The position numbers were made by a program, and so were the translations under genes. Of a stretch of 64,000 bases of DNA, positions 9,649 to 19,309 are shown in pieces. Below the pieces are notes generated by a model, which was given only the letters and a program-made list of their open reading frames with translations, searched no databases and was not told the DNA's origin. Positions within the stretch are counted from its first letter, which is position 1; each line of letters starts with the position of its first letter. Origin of the DNA: Thermoproteota archaeon (lineage in GTDB: Archaea; Korarchaeota; Korarchaeia; Korarchaeales; Korarchaeaceae); assembly GCA_027492205.1 (NCBI GenBank), contig JAOZFN010000011.1:96001-160000 (forward strand), in the 5' to 3' direction.

Positions 9649-10062
9649 TCACCCCGTCTCCCGCGGGGCGAGGCGCGCCGTGCCTATAAGCTTCTGCATC
9701 CTCCGGCAGATGCCGTCGATGTTCTCCTTCTCTATGGAGTAGACCTTGAACCTGCCTGCCCTCTTCTCGCGCACCAGGCCGGCCATCTTCAGCTCGGAGA
9801 GGTGGTGGGAGATGAGGGACTGATCCTTCCCCAGGAGCTTGGATATCGCGCAGACGGGTAGGCTGGACTGGCTCAGGAGGGACAGGATCTCAAGCTTCGG
9901 CTCGGACGAGATCAGCCTGAACAGCCGGGAGACCTCGTAGATCTCCTCCTTGGACGGGAGGATTATCTTGCTTGGTATCTCACCCTCTGCGTCCAGAACG
10001 GCGAGGCAGTCCTCGCCGATCAGTTTCTTGATGTCATCCAACCTGAGGACAGCCTTGGCCAT
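9649..10062 (-). CDS. ArsR/SmtB transcriptional regulator
   Basis: LPVCAIS..LGKDQSLISHHLSELK.AGLV...RAGRFKVYS. Confidence 0.9.
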   Translation of the reverse strand: MAKAVLRLDDIKKLIGEDCLAVLDAEGEIPSKIILPSKEEIYEVSRLFRLISSEPKLEILSLLSQSSLPVCAISKLLGKDQSLISHHLSELKMAGLVREKRAGRFKVYSIEKENIDGICRRMQKLIGTARLAPRETG

Positions 10063-10152
10063 CTGCGCTCAGGTCCAGCGGCGCTCCCCAAGGATTTAAA
10101 ATATGCTAATAATGAAAACGTGTATGTTTTAGTGAACTGTACTCGCAGAGCC

Positions 10153-10380
10153 TCATCGCCCTCCAGGCACTCTCGTTATCACCAAGGGCCCCGGAAAGAA
10201 CCCCTTCGACCACAGCCTGGCCAGCAGGCCGTGGTAATCCCTTGAGTGCCCCACCAGCCTCCCCCCAAGCACGGCAACGTACTCCCCGGGATAATTCCTC
10301 TTAAGCCTCTCCATGTTCTCGCTGACCCACGCCCAAGACTCAGAGAGGAGCCTGACTTCCTTTGATATGGGAGAGGCCAT
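10153..10380 (-). CDS. DUF5678-like small protein
   Basis: WVSENMERLKRNYPGEYVAV.GGRLVGHS. Confidence 0.7.
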   Translation of the reverse strand: MASPISKEVRLLSESWAWVSENMERLKRNYPGEYVAVLGGRLVGHSRDYHGLLARLWSKGFFPGPLVITRVPGGR

Positions 10381-10538
10381 GCTACCTTGACGTCCTCGCC
10401 CCCAATTTAACTGGTCCAGACCGTTCGTAATACGAAAAGTATGACTCAGCTCATTAGCCCCTATTACGCGCGAATTGATTCTTACCGCCCGTACTTACGG
10501 GTGATACCGTTAAATCTAACACCCATGCCCCCTGAGTA

Positions 10539-11903
10539 GTGGAACCGCTGAGAGACGCAGACAGACGAGGAGCCAAGGTTCCCCCCCTTAAGAGAGCCTG
10601 GCTCCTCGCGCAAGCCGCTCCTCTGCTCCTTGTGATTGAAATCATCATTCACCCGCCGACGGGCTGGCAGGTGCGTCACTCCCCCCACGCGGTGGAGTCA
10701 GCGTTCATGCTCATTCTGTACGCCTCTGCCTGGTGGATTCCAGCCATCTCCCTCTCTAGCGCCTGGAGGATCCTTAAGAGACCACTACTCAGGAAGACGC
10801 GCGCCACGATGGCTATCGGCGCCGCGGAAATCTCGCTGGGGGTTCTCGTGCTCTCCGTGGGGGAGTTTAAGAAACTCCCCTTTGGCATTCTCCTGGCGTC
10901 CGCCCTTACGATAGCCGTCGGCGAGCTGATAATCTCCACAGACGGCGTGATCTCCATGACTAGGCTGAGTTCCGTCGAGTATTCCCCGTTCGAAATTGAG
11001 ACCTCGGGGGGCTGGTCTCAAGTGGTCGGTGTTGCCCTCCTGGCTCCGATTATGGCCCTGGTCGCGACCCACCTGACCCGCACGCTGACGGTTGCCCAAG
11101 ACCCCAGGTGGTGGGCGGCCCTAGGCGCGACGCCCGGGCCCGCGCTGACAATGACTTGGTGCGTTCGCGCCAGGAGGGAACTTACCCTGATGAGGGGAGA
11201 GGAGGGCAAGCTCCTCTGCATGGCGATCCTCCTCTCCCTGGTATCTGCCGTCCTCCTCTCCCTGTCTTTCCTCCTGTCTCCGAGGGTCGTCTGGCTCGCC
11301 GCCGCCCTGACGGTGGTTTCGGCCAGCGGGATAACGTTCGACAGGGCCATCACCTACTGGTCCCTCAACTCCCTCTTCCAGAGGGTGAGCATCTTCCCCA
11401 AGGGGGTGACCGAGGGGGTCATCCTCATTGAGGCCGAGCCGGCTGCCTACACCGGGGGGCTACTGGCAGCTCTACGCGACATCTTAGAGCGTTCACCGGG
11501 CACCATCCTCCTTCTAACGAGGAAGGGGTCGCCGCTTGCCGGACTCCTGAGGCGAGCCGGCCGAACCGTCCTGGCCTACTTGACGACGACCCCCATCTCT
11601 CACCCCAGGGCCTTGGACGAGGAGGGGAGAGAGTACGAAGTTGGGGTGTCGGTGTCTCAGCTGTCGGCCCTAGTGAGTTCGGTCGTGAAGGAGGCCGGCA
11701 CACCTATCACGCTGATCGTGGACTCTTTCAACGACCTGGCGGGCAACCTCGGGGTCAGGGAGGCCTACTCCCTCCTGAGGGTCCTCTCAGATCTGGCGCT
11801 GGGCGAGGGTGGGAGGGTGATCGTGATATCCTTCCCGTCAGCGCTCGGTCCCAGGGAGGCGGCGGTCGTCAGGACGCTTGCGACGGAGATACTCCTCGTG
11901 TGA
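10539..11903 (+). CDS. Multi-TM protein with C-terminal DUF835 (inactive KaiC/RecA-fold) domain; start uncertain
   Basis: About 7-8 TM helices, then LLTRKGSPL..YEV..LIVDSFNDL..AYSLLRVLSDL..PSAL; no Walker A. Confidence 0.6.
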   Translation: MEPLRDADRRGAKVPPLKRAWLLAQAAPLLLVIEIIIHPPTGWQVRHSPHAVESAFMLILYASAWWIPAISLSSAWRILKRPLLRKTRATMAIGAAEISLGVLVLSVGEFKKLPFGILLASALTIAVGELIISTDGVISMTRLSSVEYSPFEIETSGGWSQVVGVALLAPIMALVATHLTRTLTVAQDPRWWAALGATPGPALTMTWCVRARRELTLMRGEEGKLLCMAILLSLVSAVLLSLSFLLSPRVVWLAAALTVVSASGITFDRAITYWSLNSLFQRVSIFPKGVTEGVILIEAEPAAYTGGLLAALRDILERSPGTILLLTRKGSPLAGLLRRAGRTVLAYLTTTPISHPRALDEEGREYEVGVSVSQLSALVSSVVKEAGTPITLIVDSFNDLAGNLGVREAYSLLRVLSDLALGEGGRVIVISFPSALGPREAAVVRTLATEILLV

Positions 11904-11925
11904 ATTGTGCTAGCGCGGCCCAACC

Positions 11926-12645
11926 TTGACTCAGAATTTTATCGCCGACCCGATAACCCCGCCCGTGCCTCCGATAGTTGTAGGAGAGGGAGCCTCTACC
12001 ATAGGCGCGTACGTGGCGGCCGGAGTCGTGGGTGGAGTCGAGGTCAGGGAGGACTGGCCGGGGCTGGCTGGGCTCATTGCCTCAGTGGAGAGCGATCTCC
12101 GGGCCAGGATGACTCTGGACTCCCTCAGGGACGACCCGGTGGTGAGGGCCTTCAGGGACTTCTTCTGGCGCATTGGGATAGACCCGACAAAGACGAGGCC
12201 GTCTGCGGAGGCCCTGGCGAGGAGGGTCTTGTCGGGGAGGGGGATCCCTCGGATTAACAACGTCGTGGACGTCGGAAACGTGGCGAGTCTCGAGTTGCTC
12301 GTGCCAATAGGGCTCTACGACCTTGACAAAATCGAGCCGCCCATCTATCTGAGGCTGGCGGAGGCGGGCGAGGAGTTCACGCCCATAGGAGGCAGCACCC
12401 GAACCCTGAGCGGAGGTGAGCCCGTCCTCGCGGACTCGCTGGGGATATTGCACCTTTTCCCTCACAGAGACTGCCGACGCACCATGATCAGGCCGGACAC
12501 CCGAAGGGTCCTCGTGGTGGCCTGCGGCGTGCCGAAGGTCGAGCCTGCCAGGGTTCTCGCAGCCGCGAGGCGCGTCGCCACGCTCCTGTTCGATTTCGCC
12601 GGCGGCAGGATCGTCGAGGAGGTCCGTCTCTTTGGAGCACGCTGA
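11926..12645 (+). CDS. Stand-alone B3/B4 (PheRS beta editing-like) domain protein
   Basis: RAFRDFFWRIGIDPTKTRPSAEALARR, INNVVDVGN, PIGLYDLDKI. Confidence 0.9.
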   Translation: MTQNFIADPITPPVPPIVVGEGASTIGAYVAAGVVGGVEVREDWPGLAGLIASVESDLRARMTLDSLRDDPVVRAFRDFFWRIGIDPTKTRPSAEALARRVLSGRGIPRINNVVDVGNVASLELLVPIGLYDLDKIEPPIYLRLAEAGEEFTPIGGSTRTLSGGEPVLADSLGILHLFPHRDCRRTMIRPDTRRVLVVACGVPKVEPARVLAAARRVATLLFDFAGGRIVEEVRLFGAR

Positions 12646-12688
12646 CGCCGACTCAACGTTTTAACCTTCCCCGAGCTGAGGGTCGGGG

Positions 12689-13063
12689 GTGAAGCCTCTG
12701 TCCATATCCGAGGAGCTTCAGAGCCTGATCAAGGAGATGAGGAGGAGAATCCCCGATCTTCTCTACTCTGCCGTGATAAGCGCCGACGGGCTGGTCATAG
12801 TGGCTGACCTTCCCCCAGAGGTGGACGAGGATCTCTTCGCCGCTACTCAGGCCGCCCTGATCAGCGTCAGCGAGAGGGTGGTCGGCGAGGTGGGTATAGG
12901 CCCCCTGAGCGAGATAGTCGTGGCCGGCGACAGGGGGCGGGTTGTGGCCATGCAGGCCGGTCCCGAGGCCATCCTCGTGTCTGTGGTTCCAGCCGACGTC
13001 AAGCTTGGCCTCCTCCTGGTGGAGATGAGGAGGCTGGCCAGGGAGATCGCCAGCAAGTTCTGA
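12689..13063 (+). CDS. Roadblock/LC7 (MglB-like) domain protein
   Basis: SAVISADGLVI, EDLFAATQAAL, VKLGLLLVEMRR. Confidence 0.9.
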   Translation: MKPLSISEELQSLIKEMRRRIPDLLYSAVISADGLVIVADLPPEVDEDLFAATQAALISVSERVVGEVGIGPLSEIVVAGDRGRVVAMQAGPEAILVSVVPADVKLGLLLVEMRRLAREIASKF

Positions 13064-13079
13064 TAGGCCCCCTCCAGAG

Positions 13080-13598
13080 GTGGAGTCTGTGATGGCCAGG
13101 GAGTTTCCGCGCGGCGTGCTGGAGTTTGACGAGAAAGGTAGGCTGACCCTCCTCGGCAGGCCGGTCATCCTCATGGGGAAGGACACGATTGCCCAGCTCC
13201 AGCACTCCGTTGAGACCGTCCTGGGGTCGAGGACTGCCAAGCTCGCGTTCTACCACGCTGGATTGTCCGTCGGCAGGGACCTCGCAGAGAGGTACTCCGA
13301 CTTGGAGGATCACGAGTCGGCCCTCCGGGAGCTGGCCGGGTGGGCCTCCCTGGCCGGGTGGGCCTCTAGGATGGATGTTGTGAGGATAACCCACTCTCCC
13401 CCTGGGGCGATCGTCAGGGCCTGGGGGACCTACGCCGAGAACTACCCCGCCAAGCCCTCGGAGGGGGTGTGCCACCTGATAGCGGGGCTGCTCGCAGGAT
13501 TCCTGTCCGCGAGGTTCGGCCGCCGCATGGTGTCGAAGGAGACCTCCTGCCTTGCAAAGGGCGACGAGTACTGCGAGTTCGTTATATCGGGGAAGTAA
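13080..13598 (+). CDS. V4R (4-vinyl reductase)-domain ligand-binding protein
   Basis: AGW, CHLIAGLLAG, ETSCLAKGDEYCEF. Confidence 0.9.
   Translation: MESVMAREFPRGVLEFDEKGRLTLLGRPVILMGKDTIAQLQHSVETVLGSRTAKLAFYHAGLSVGRDLAERYSDLEDHESALRELAGWASLAGWASRMDVVRITHSPPGAIVRAWGTYAENYPAKPSEGVCHLIAGLLAGFLSARFGRRMVSKETSCLAKGDEYCEFVISGK
13332..13366 (+). repeat. Intragenic tandem direct repeat, 17 bp identical at period 18
   Basis: CTGGCCGGGTGGGCCTC at 13332 and 13350, encoding LAGWAS twice. Confidence 0.85.
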
Positions 13599-13655
13599 CC
13601 CCTGGGCCTGGAGGAGACCGGCGACCCCCGCGGTCGGACCAGGGGATGGTGCTCG

Positions 13656-14549
13656 TTGATGCTGGCGGCAACTTGGCGGGTGAGCCTCGCCCTGCTCGCG
13701 GCGGGCCTCCTGCTTGCCTCGGCGGCAGCGGTGGGGGCTCCAAGGTTGTCAGAGCCCCTCACCCCAAGGCAGGGTGGAGAAAAGGCGCCCAACAGGCTCC
13801 TCGTAGCTGCGGGGGCCATCTGGGCCTTAGCGCTGGCATCCCTCGCCCTGACCGCCGCGAGGAACGTGGGGGTCCTCCAGGCTGGTGGGCGGACGAGCTG
13901 GGTGAGGGCCCTGACGTCGCTGCTGTCGCTGGCCCTCATTCTGGCCGCCCTTTACCTGTCGAATCCGGGGGAGTATGAGGGACTGAAGGGCTCCGGTGAG
14001 GGAAGGCGCTTCATACCCCCTGACTGGCTCTCAAACCCGCCCATCCTATCTCTGGGCGTCCCCGCTTCTCCTGGCGCCTCCCGGGCGGGTGCGTCGCTCG
14101 TTCTGTGGACGGCCATCGCGATCGGGCTGGCGGTCCTGGCGTTCTCCGTCGGCACCCCCCTGAGGCCGGGTGTCTCGCTCTTCGGCGGGCTCACTGGACG
14201 TCTGTCAGGACGCGAGGAACGAGAGAGAATCGTAAAAGATGGGAGCAGGAGGGTATGGCCCAGGAGGCGGTGGGAGGGAGCCCGCCTACAGGTCATAGAG
14301 TCCTACAGATCTGCGGTAGAGCACTTGCGCGGTCAGGGCGTCCCAATGAAACCCAGCTGGACGCCGAGAGAGCACCTCGAGCAGGTCAGGCGCATGGGCC
14401 TGCCGGAGGCCTCACCCCTGTCCGACCTGGAGCGGCTGTTCGAGCTCGCTCGGTACAGCAGAAGGCCCGTGAACCCCGAACATGCCGAGCTGGCGAGGAG
14501 GCTCTCAGAGGCGGTCAGGAGAGGCGAGGGTGATGAGGCTCAGGCTTGA
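13656..14549 (+). CDS. DUF4129 domain membrane protein
   Basis: TM helices, then VIESY..PSWTPREH..LERLFELARYS. Confidence 0.8.
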   Translation: MMLAATWRVSLALLAAGLLLASAAAVGAPRLSEPLTPRQGGEKAPNRLLVAAGAIWALALASLALTAARNVGVLQAGGRTSWVRALTSLLSLALILAALYLSNPGEYEGLKGSGEGRRFIPPDWLSNPPILSLGVPASPGASRAGASLVLWTAIAIGLAVLAFSVGTPLRPGVSLFGGLTGRLSGREERERIVKDGSRRVWPRRRWEGARLQVIESYRSAVEHLRGQGVPMKPSWTPREHLEQVRRMGLPEASPLSDLERLFELARYSRRPVNPEHAELARRLSEAVRRGEGDEAQA

Positions 14550-14964
14550 GGTTGTCCTGATCTTCCTATTGGCGCTGGCTGCCTCCGCTCCCGTGCACTT
14601 CTTCGTCAGGTGGCTTGCGCTGCTGATCCTGACCGTCTGGACCGGGGTTACCGCGCTGTCTCTGCTCCCGCCGCCCCGCGGCAGGTCCACCCGAGAGCCC
14701 TCGGTCGCGCCGGGAAACAGGCTGCTCGTCCTCTCAGAGGTGGTAAGATCTGCCCTGAAGGGATCTAGGCAATCTCGCAGGATCGTCGCGGATGAGGTCT
14801 CCGACCTGGCCAGGGAGGCCGGCCTCTCGCGGTCGGAAATCGAGGCTGCCAGGACGGAGTTGCTGGAAGGCGATCTGGCGACCGGTCTGGAGTTCTGGCT
14901 CGCCAAGATTCGAGGCGCCCGCCCCGGGCGCCCGAGCGCGCGGAGTCAGACGGAGGTGAAGTGA
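14533..14964 (+). CDS. Membrane protein of the MoxR operon
   Basis: GGTG-ATG start overlapping the upstream gene; 2 TM helices. Confidence 0.65.
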   Translation: MRLRLEVVLIFLLALAASAPVHFFVRWLALLILTVWTGVTALSLLPPPRGRSTREPSVAPGNRLLVLSEVVRSALKGSRQSRRIVADEVSDLAREAGLSRSEIEAARTELLEGDLATGLEFWLAKIRGARPGRPSARSQTEVK

Positions 14965-15915
14965 TTGGAGGTTGAACAGGTCCGAGACAAGGTTGGAGCG
15001 GTGCTCGACGAGGTCTCCAAGGTAATAGTCGGAAAGAGAGATGTCTTAGAGGTCCTCATGGCCTGCGCCCTGTCCCAGGGCCATGTCCTCATCGAGGACG
15101 TGCCCGGCCTCGCCAAGACGCTGATGGCGAAGACGCTGGCCGGGGCCATGAGGCTCGAGTTCTCGAGGATCCAGTTCACACCGGACCTCCTGCCGGCCGA
15201 CATAACCGGGACGTACGTCTTCGACCAGTCCACGGGGGACTTCAAGCTCAGGAGGGGGCCCGTGTTCGCCAACATAGTCCTGGCGGACGAGATCAACAGG
15301 GCCCCCCCGAAGACCCAGTCCGCGCTTCTGGAGGCCATGCAGGAGCTGCAGGTGACCATCGAGGGGGAGACCCACAGGCTCGACAGGCCCTTCATGGTGA
15401 TCGCCACACAGAACCCCATAGAGTTCGAGGGCACGTACCCACTGCCGGCGGCCCAGGTCGACAGGTTCCTGGTCCGCCTCCGGGTGGGGTACCCGAGCGA
15501 GGAAGAGGAGGTGGAGATCCTCAGGAGGAGGCTCTCCAGGAGGTCCGACGAGGCGTCAGTGGAGCCGGTGATAGGCAGGGAGGAGTTCTTGGAGATGCAG
15601 GAGGCGGTCGAGTCAGTCCACGTGGACGAGTCGATACTCCGCTACATGGCGAGGGTCGTGCGCAAGACCAGGGACGTGCCGGAGGTAGAGCTCGGAGCCA
15701 GTCCTAGGGGGACTCTGGCCCTGCTGAAGCTCTCCAGGGCTTTGGCGGCCATGGACGGCAGGGACTTCGTCACACCCGACGACGTCAAGCGGATCGCGAT
15801 ACCCGCGCTGGCGCACAGGCTCATGCTGAAGAGGGAGCTCTGGTACACCAGGGTGACGCAGGAGTCGGTGGTGGCGTCCGTCTTGAGGCAGGTGGAGGTC
15901 CCCAAGTTTGAGTGA
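14965..15915 (+). CDS. moxR: MoxR-family AAA+ ATPase
   Basis: EDVPGLAKT, RIQFTPDLLPADITG, LADEINRAPPKTQSALLEAMQE, ATQNPIE. Confidence 0.95.
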   Translation: MEVEQVRDKVGAVLDEVSKVIVGKRDVLEVLMACALSQGHVLIEDVPGLAKTLMAKTLAGAMRLEFSRIQFTPDLLPADITGTYVFDQSTGDFKLRRGPVFANIVLADEINRAPPKTQSALLEAMQELQVTIEGETHRLDRPFMVIATQNPIEFEGTYPLPAAQVDRFLVRLRVGYPSEEEEVEILRRRLSRRSDEASVEPVIGREEFLEMQEAVESVHVDESILRYMARVVRKTRDVPEVELGASPRGTLALLKLSRALAAMDGRDFVTPDDVKRIAIPALAHRLMLKRELWYTRVTQESVVASVLRQVEVPKFE

Positions 15916-17173
15916 GGAGCCTCCGCTCTCTCTGGGCCCGTCGGCGGGACCGCTGCTGCTGGCGCCGATCGTGCTCACCTGTCTGGCCATAGCGACCCTC
16001 AGGTGGCGCCTGCTCGCCGCCGCGGCTCCCCCGCTGATCCTGCTGGTCGTAGCCCTCGTCCTCTCCACCCCCCGAGAGGTCAGGGCAGAGAGGAGGATCG
16101 ACAGGGACGTCGTCGCCGAGGGAGAGCGGGTCGACGTGAGGGTAGAATTGGAGTTCGAGGGGGGAGTCGCGGCCGCCGTGGAAGACGATCTCCCCCCTCG
16201 GGGGGAGGTGGAATCCGGGACGTGGGCGGCACTGGTTGGGGGTGCAGGCCGGGTCGAGCTGGACTACTCGCTTAGGACCATGAGGGGCTTCTGGAAGTTC
16301 AGATGGGTTCGGGTTGGCTTCAGGGATCCACTGGGGATATTCGAGCGGTGGAGGAGCATCGAGTGCAGGGGGTACCTCTCCGTCATGCCCTCGCTGGCCA
16401 GGGCGGGAGGGCTGAGGACCGAGGCCAAGGGCGTGAAGCCCCTCCTCGGGAGGTCGCCATCTGACGCGCCGGGCATGGGGACCGAGTTCTACGCCCTGAG
16501 GGAGTACGTTCCGGGGGACCCCATGAGGTCCATCAACTGGAAGGCCACGGCGCGTCTCGGCCGGCTGATCTCGAACGACTACGAGGCGGAGAAGGCGGCC
16601 GACCTAGTGATAATCGTAGACTCCACACTCCCCACAGGAGTGGGCGACGGCAAGGGTGACACCCTGTTGGACGTGGAGGCCAGGGTCGCCATAGCCCTGG
16701 CGGACGAGGCGCTGAGGTCCGGACTCAGGGTGGGACTGGCGAGCGTCGGGGGCCCAGGGGTGTGGTTGGGTCCAGACTGGGGGAACAGGCAGCTCCTCAA
16801 ACTCGGCAGGACTCTGGCGGTGCTCTATCCCTCGGGCGGGGCGGAGACGGCCCCCTTGGTCGCCGAGTCGATAGCCGTGCACATCGGACCCAGGACGCAC
16901 GTGGCCGTCATAACGCCCCTGACGGGGGATCAGTGGATAGACGCGGTGGCGAGGCTGGCGGCGGCTGGCAGGAGGGTCACGGTGATATCACCCTCGCCAA
17001 ACGTCTTCAGTCTCCCAGAGAGCCCTGACCTGGCGAGCTCTCTGGCCTTCCACATACTCGAGACGAGGAGGATTCTCCTGCTGGCTAAACTCAAGCCGTA
17101 TGCCGAAGTGGTCGATTGGAATCCGAAGAGCGATCTCGGGTTGATCTGGAAGAGGGTGAGGCTGGGTGCGTAG
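15908..17173 (+). CDS. DUF58 domain protein
   Basis: GTEFYALREYVPGDPMRSINWKATAR. Confidence 0.9.
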   Translation: MSEEPPLSLGPSAGPLLLAPIVLTCLAIATLRWRLLAAAAPPLILLVVALVLSTPREVRAERRIDRDVVAEGERVDVRVELEFEGGVAAAVEDDLPPRGEVESGTWAALVGGAGRVELDYSLRTMRGFWKFRWVRVGFRDPLGIFERWRSIECRGYLSVMPSLARAGGLRTEAKGVKPLLGRSPSDAPGMGTEFYALREYVPGDPMRSINWKATARLGRLISNDYEAEKAADLVIIVDSTLPTGVGDGKGDTLLDVEARVAIALADEALRSGLRVGLASVGGPGVWLGPDWGNRQLLKLGRTLAVLYPSGGAETAPLVAESIAVHIGPRTHVAVITPLTGDQWIDAVARLAAAGRRVTVISPSPNVFSLPESPDLASSLAFHILETRRILLLAKLKPYAEVVDWNPKSDLGLIWKRVRLGA

Positions 17174-17645
17174 GCTCAGGGTGCTATCGGCCGTCTGCTC
17201 CGCCGTCGTGGCCTTGGCGTGTCTGAGGTGGTGTCCTCCCTTAGCCCTGGCGCTCCCGGCGGCCTCAGCAGCCGCGGCGTTGGCCGGTTGGATCGGACCT
17301 TACTCTATTCTCTCCAGCCTGTCGTGGATCGTCCTGGCGGCCTACTCCGGGGACGCGGTTCAAGCGCTCACTCGGTCGTGGCTCGGACTCACCGCCACGG
17401 TCGTTGGCCTGGCCGCCCTCGACGCTGACCAGAGGGGCTACTCGCTCAGGCGCCCGGGGCTCATCGCCACCCTGCTAGTGGTGGAGCTGTCTACCCCGCT
17501 TACCGTGCCGCTGGCTGCCATGCTCCTGCTCCGGGGAGTCGGGCTGAGGGTGTGGCTCACACCCATGGTGACCGGTGCGGTTGTCCTCGCGTGGTTGGCG
17601 ATCAGGGCCCTGAGCTCGGCGTGGCGCCCACCACCTCAACGATGA
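17166..17645 (+). CDS. Integral membrane protein, last gene of the MoxR operon
   Basis: Overlaps the DUF58 stop; highly hydrophobic. Confidence 0.6.
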   Translation: MRRLRVLSAVCSAVVALACLRWCPPLALALPAASAAAALAGWIGPYSILSSLSWIVLAAYSGDAVQALTRSWLGLTATVVGLAALDADQRGYSLRRPGLIATLLVVELSTPLTVPLAAMLLLRGVGLRVWLTPMVTGAVVLAWLAIRALSSAWRPPPQR

Positions 17646-19245
17646 CCACGCGGCCGCTCGGAGTGTCCCTCTCGTAGACCACCCTGAAGTAGGGGGACTT
17701 CAGGAACTTGTCCTCGCAGATCTCTACTCCGAACTTGTAGCCGTTGAGGCTCGAGATCATGTTCCCGTACCAGACCATCATGTCCGAGTAGTAGATGTGC
17801 GTTAGGTTGTACCTCCTCGCAATGGCCCAGGCCTCGGCCGCATTGCAGGTAGAGTACATGCGGTATAGATCGTCTTGGACCCTCCCTGGCGCCTTGATGT
17901 AGGGGTAGTCCACGTTTCTGAGGGGGAAGGCCCCTCCTAGGAGCGCGCGGCCCCCGCACACCCCAGCGAACATCTGCGCCCGGTAGTAGTCGGCGCTGAT
18001 CCTCGCCCACTCGCCCGCGTGCTCCCTGAACCAGACGGCCGCGTTGTACTCATCCACGGTCATTCCGGCGTTGGTGAGCTTGCCCCCGAGGTCGTAGAGG
18101 GCGAGATCTATCCCCGCCCCCACGAGGATCAGCCCGAGGGCCAGCAGCCGCCTCCTCTTAGGTGCCTGACTGAGGCCCCAGAAGAGGGCCGCCCCGGCCG
18201 CCAGGGCCGGGGGTTGAGCCAGGAACGGGAAGAACCTGTACCCCTCGAGGGGCTTGGCAAGGGTGGACCAGCTCAGGTGTATGGCTCCGAGGGCGCTTAG
18301 GATGACCTCGTTCTCCGCCTCTATGGCGTTGGGGACGATCCACAGCAGGACGGGGAGGTGATCCCTCCACCTCTCGAGGATCAGCAGCGTCCCCGCTATC
18401 CCTATGGCCGCGGCGAAGGGGCCGTACAGGGCTATCTGCTCCTCCGGGGGGAGGAGGCCGCTCGACGTGGTAAGGGCCTTGATCCACCACCAGTACAGGT
18501 TCCTGGGCAGCCACCAGGGCGCGGCGATCAGCTGAGATAGCCCTATGGCCACCACGAGGTCCCTGAAGATCCACCTCCCTGCCCTGCCCTGGAGGTAGAG
18601 CCCGAGGCTGAAGAAGATGAGGTCGAGGGCCTCCAGGAAGTATGAGAGGTGGAAGAGGAAGTTCAGGCCCATCAGGAGGCCCGCGAGGAGCACGTTTCCG
18701 CGGGACGGGTCGGAGGCGTGCCTGTACCACGTCGCCAGGAGGAGGGGGATCATGAACATCGTGAGGGACTGCGGGTCTGCGATGCCCGTGAAGTAGACGA
18801 AGTTCGGCGTCAGGGCAAGGATGAGCGTCGCCGCCGCCCCGACCCAGCGGTCGTACATCTCCCTGCCAAGCACGTAGAGGGAGAGGGGAGAGAGGGCCTC
18901 CATGAACGGGACGAGCCTGGTCACGACTGTGGGGATGTCCAGGCCGGTGAGCCTGGCGGCGAGGGCGAGGAGGAAGGGGGACCCGGGGGGGTACCACATG
19001 GGGACGTAGCCATATGGGGCGTACCTGATGTCCGGCTCCGGCAGGGACCAGTTGTCGAGGATGTACTGGGCCATGCAGATCCTGTACCACACGTCTGCCA
19101 TGAAGGCCGGCAGGTGCGGGTCGACGGAGAGCTTGGGGATGAGCCTCAGGGCAACGCCCACCGCGTAGACGACGATCAAGAATGCGATTTCGGTTCTGCT
19201 GAACCTGAAGAGGTCTCTCAGCCCCCTTCTGCTTGTTGAGCCCAT
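17602..19245 (-). CDS. GT-C fold membrane glycosyltransferase (PMT/ArnT/STT3-like)
   Basis: ADVWY and YPPG in the first loop; many TM helices; C-terminal EYNAAVWFREH...YNLTHIY soluble domain. Confidence 0.7.
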   Translation of the reverse strand: MGSTSRRGLRDLFRFSRTEIAFLIVVYAVGVALRLIPKLSVDPHLPAFMADVWYRICMAQYILDNWSLPEPDIRYAPYGYVPMWYPPGSPFLLALAARLTGLDIPTVVTRLVPFMEALSPLSLYVLGREMYDRWVGAAATLILALTPNFVYFTGIADPQSLTMFMIPLLLATWYRHASDPSRGNVLLAGLLMGLNFLFHLSYFLEALDLIFFSLGLYLQGRAGRWIFRDLVVAIGLSQLIAAPWWLPRNLYWWWIKALTTSSGLLPPEEQIALYGPFAAAIGIAGTLLILERWRDHLPVLLWIVPNAIEAENEVILSALGAIHLSWSTLAKPLEGYRFFPFLAQPPALAAGAALFWGLSQAPKRRRLLALGLILVGAGIDLALYDLGGKLTNAGMTVDEYNAAVWFREHAGEWARISADYYRAQMFAGVCGGRALLGGAFPLRNVDYPYIKAPGRVQDDLYRMYSTCNAAEAWAIARRYNLTHIYYSDMMVWYGNMISSLNGYKFGVEICEDKFLKSPYFRVVYERDTPSGRVVIVEVVGATPSSGP

Positions 19246-19309
19246 GCCCTCTGAATCACCGGACGGGCTGCGTGATATACTTTTTCGCTACACCTCCACA
19301 ACCCGGCCG

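Noticed and set aside
13656-17645. MoxR-DUF58-DUF4129 operon as a novel system
   Set aside because: A widespread known arrangement; nothing unusual beyond adjacency to Roadblock/V4R
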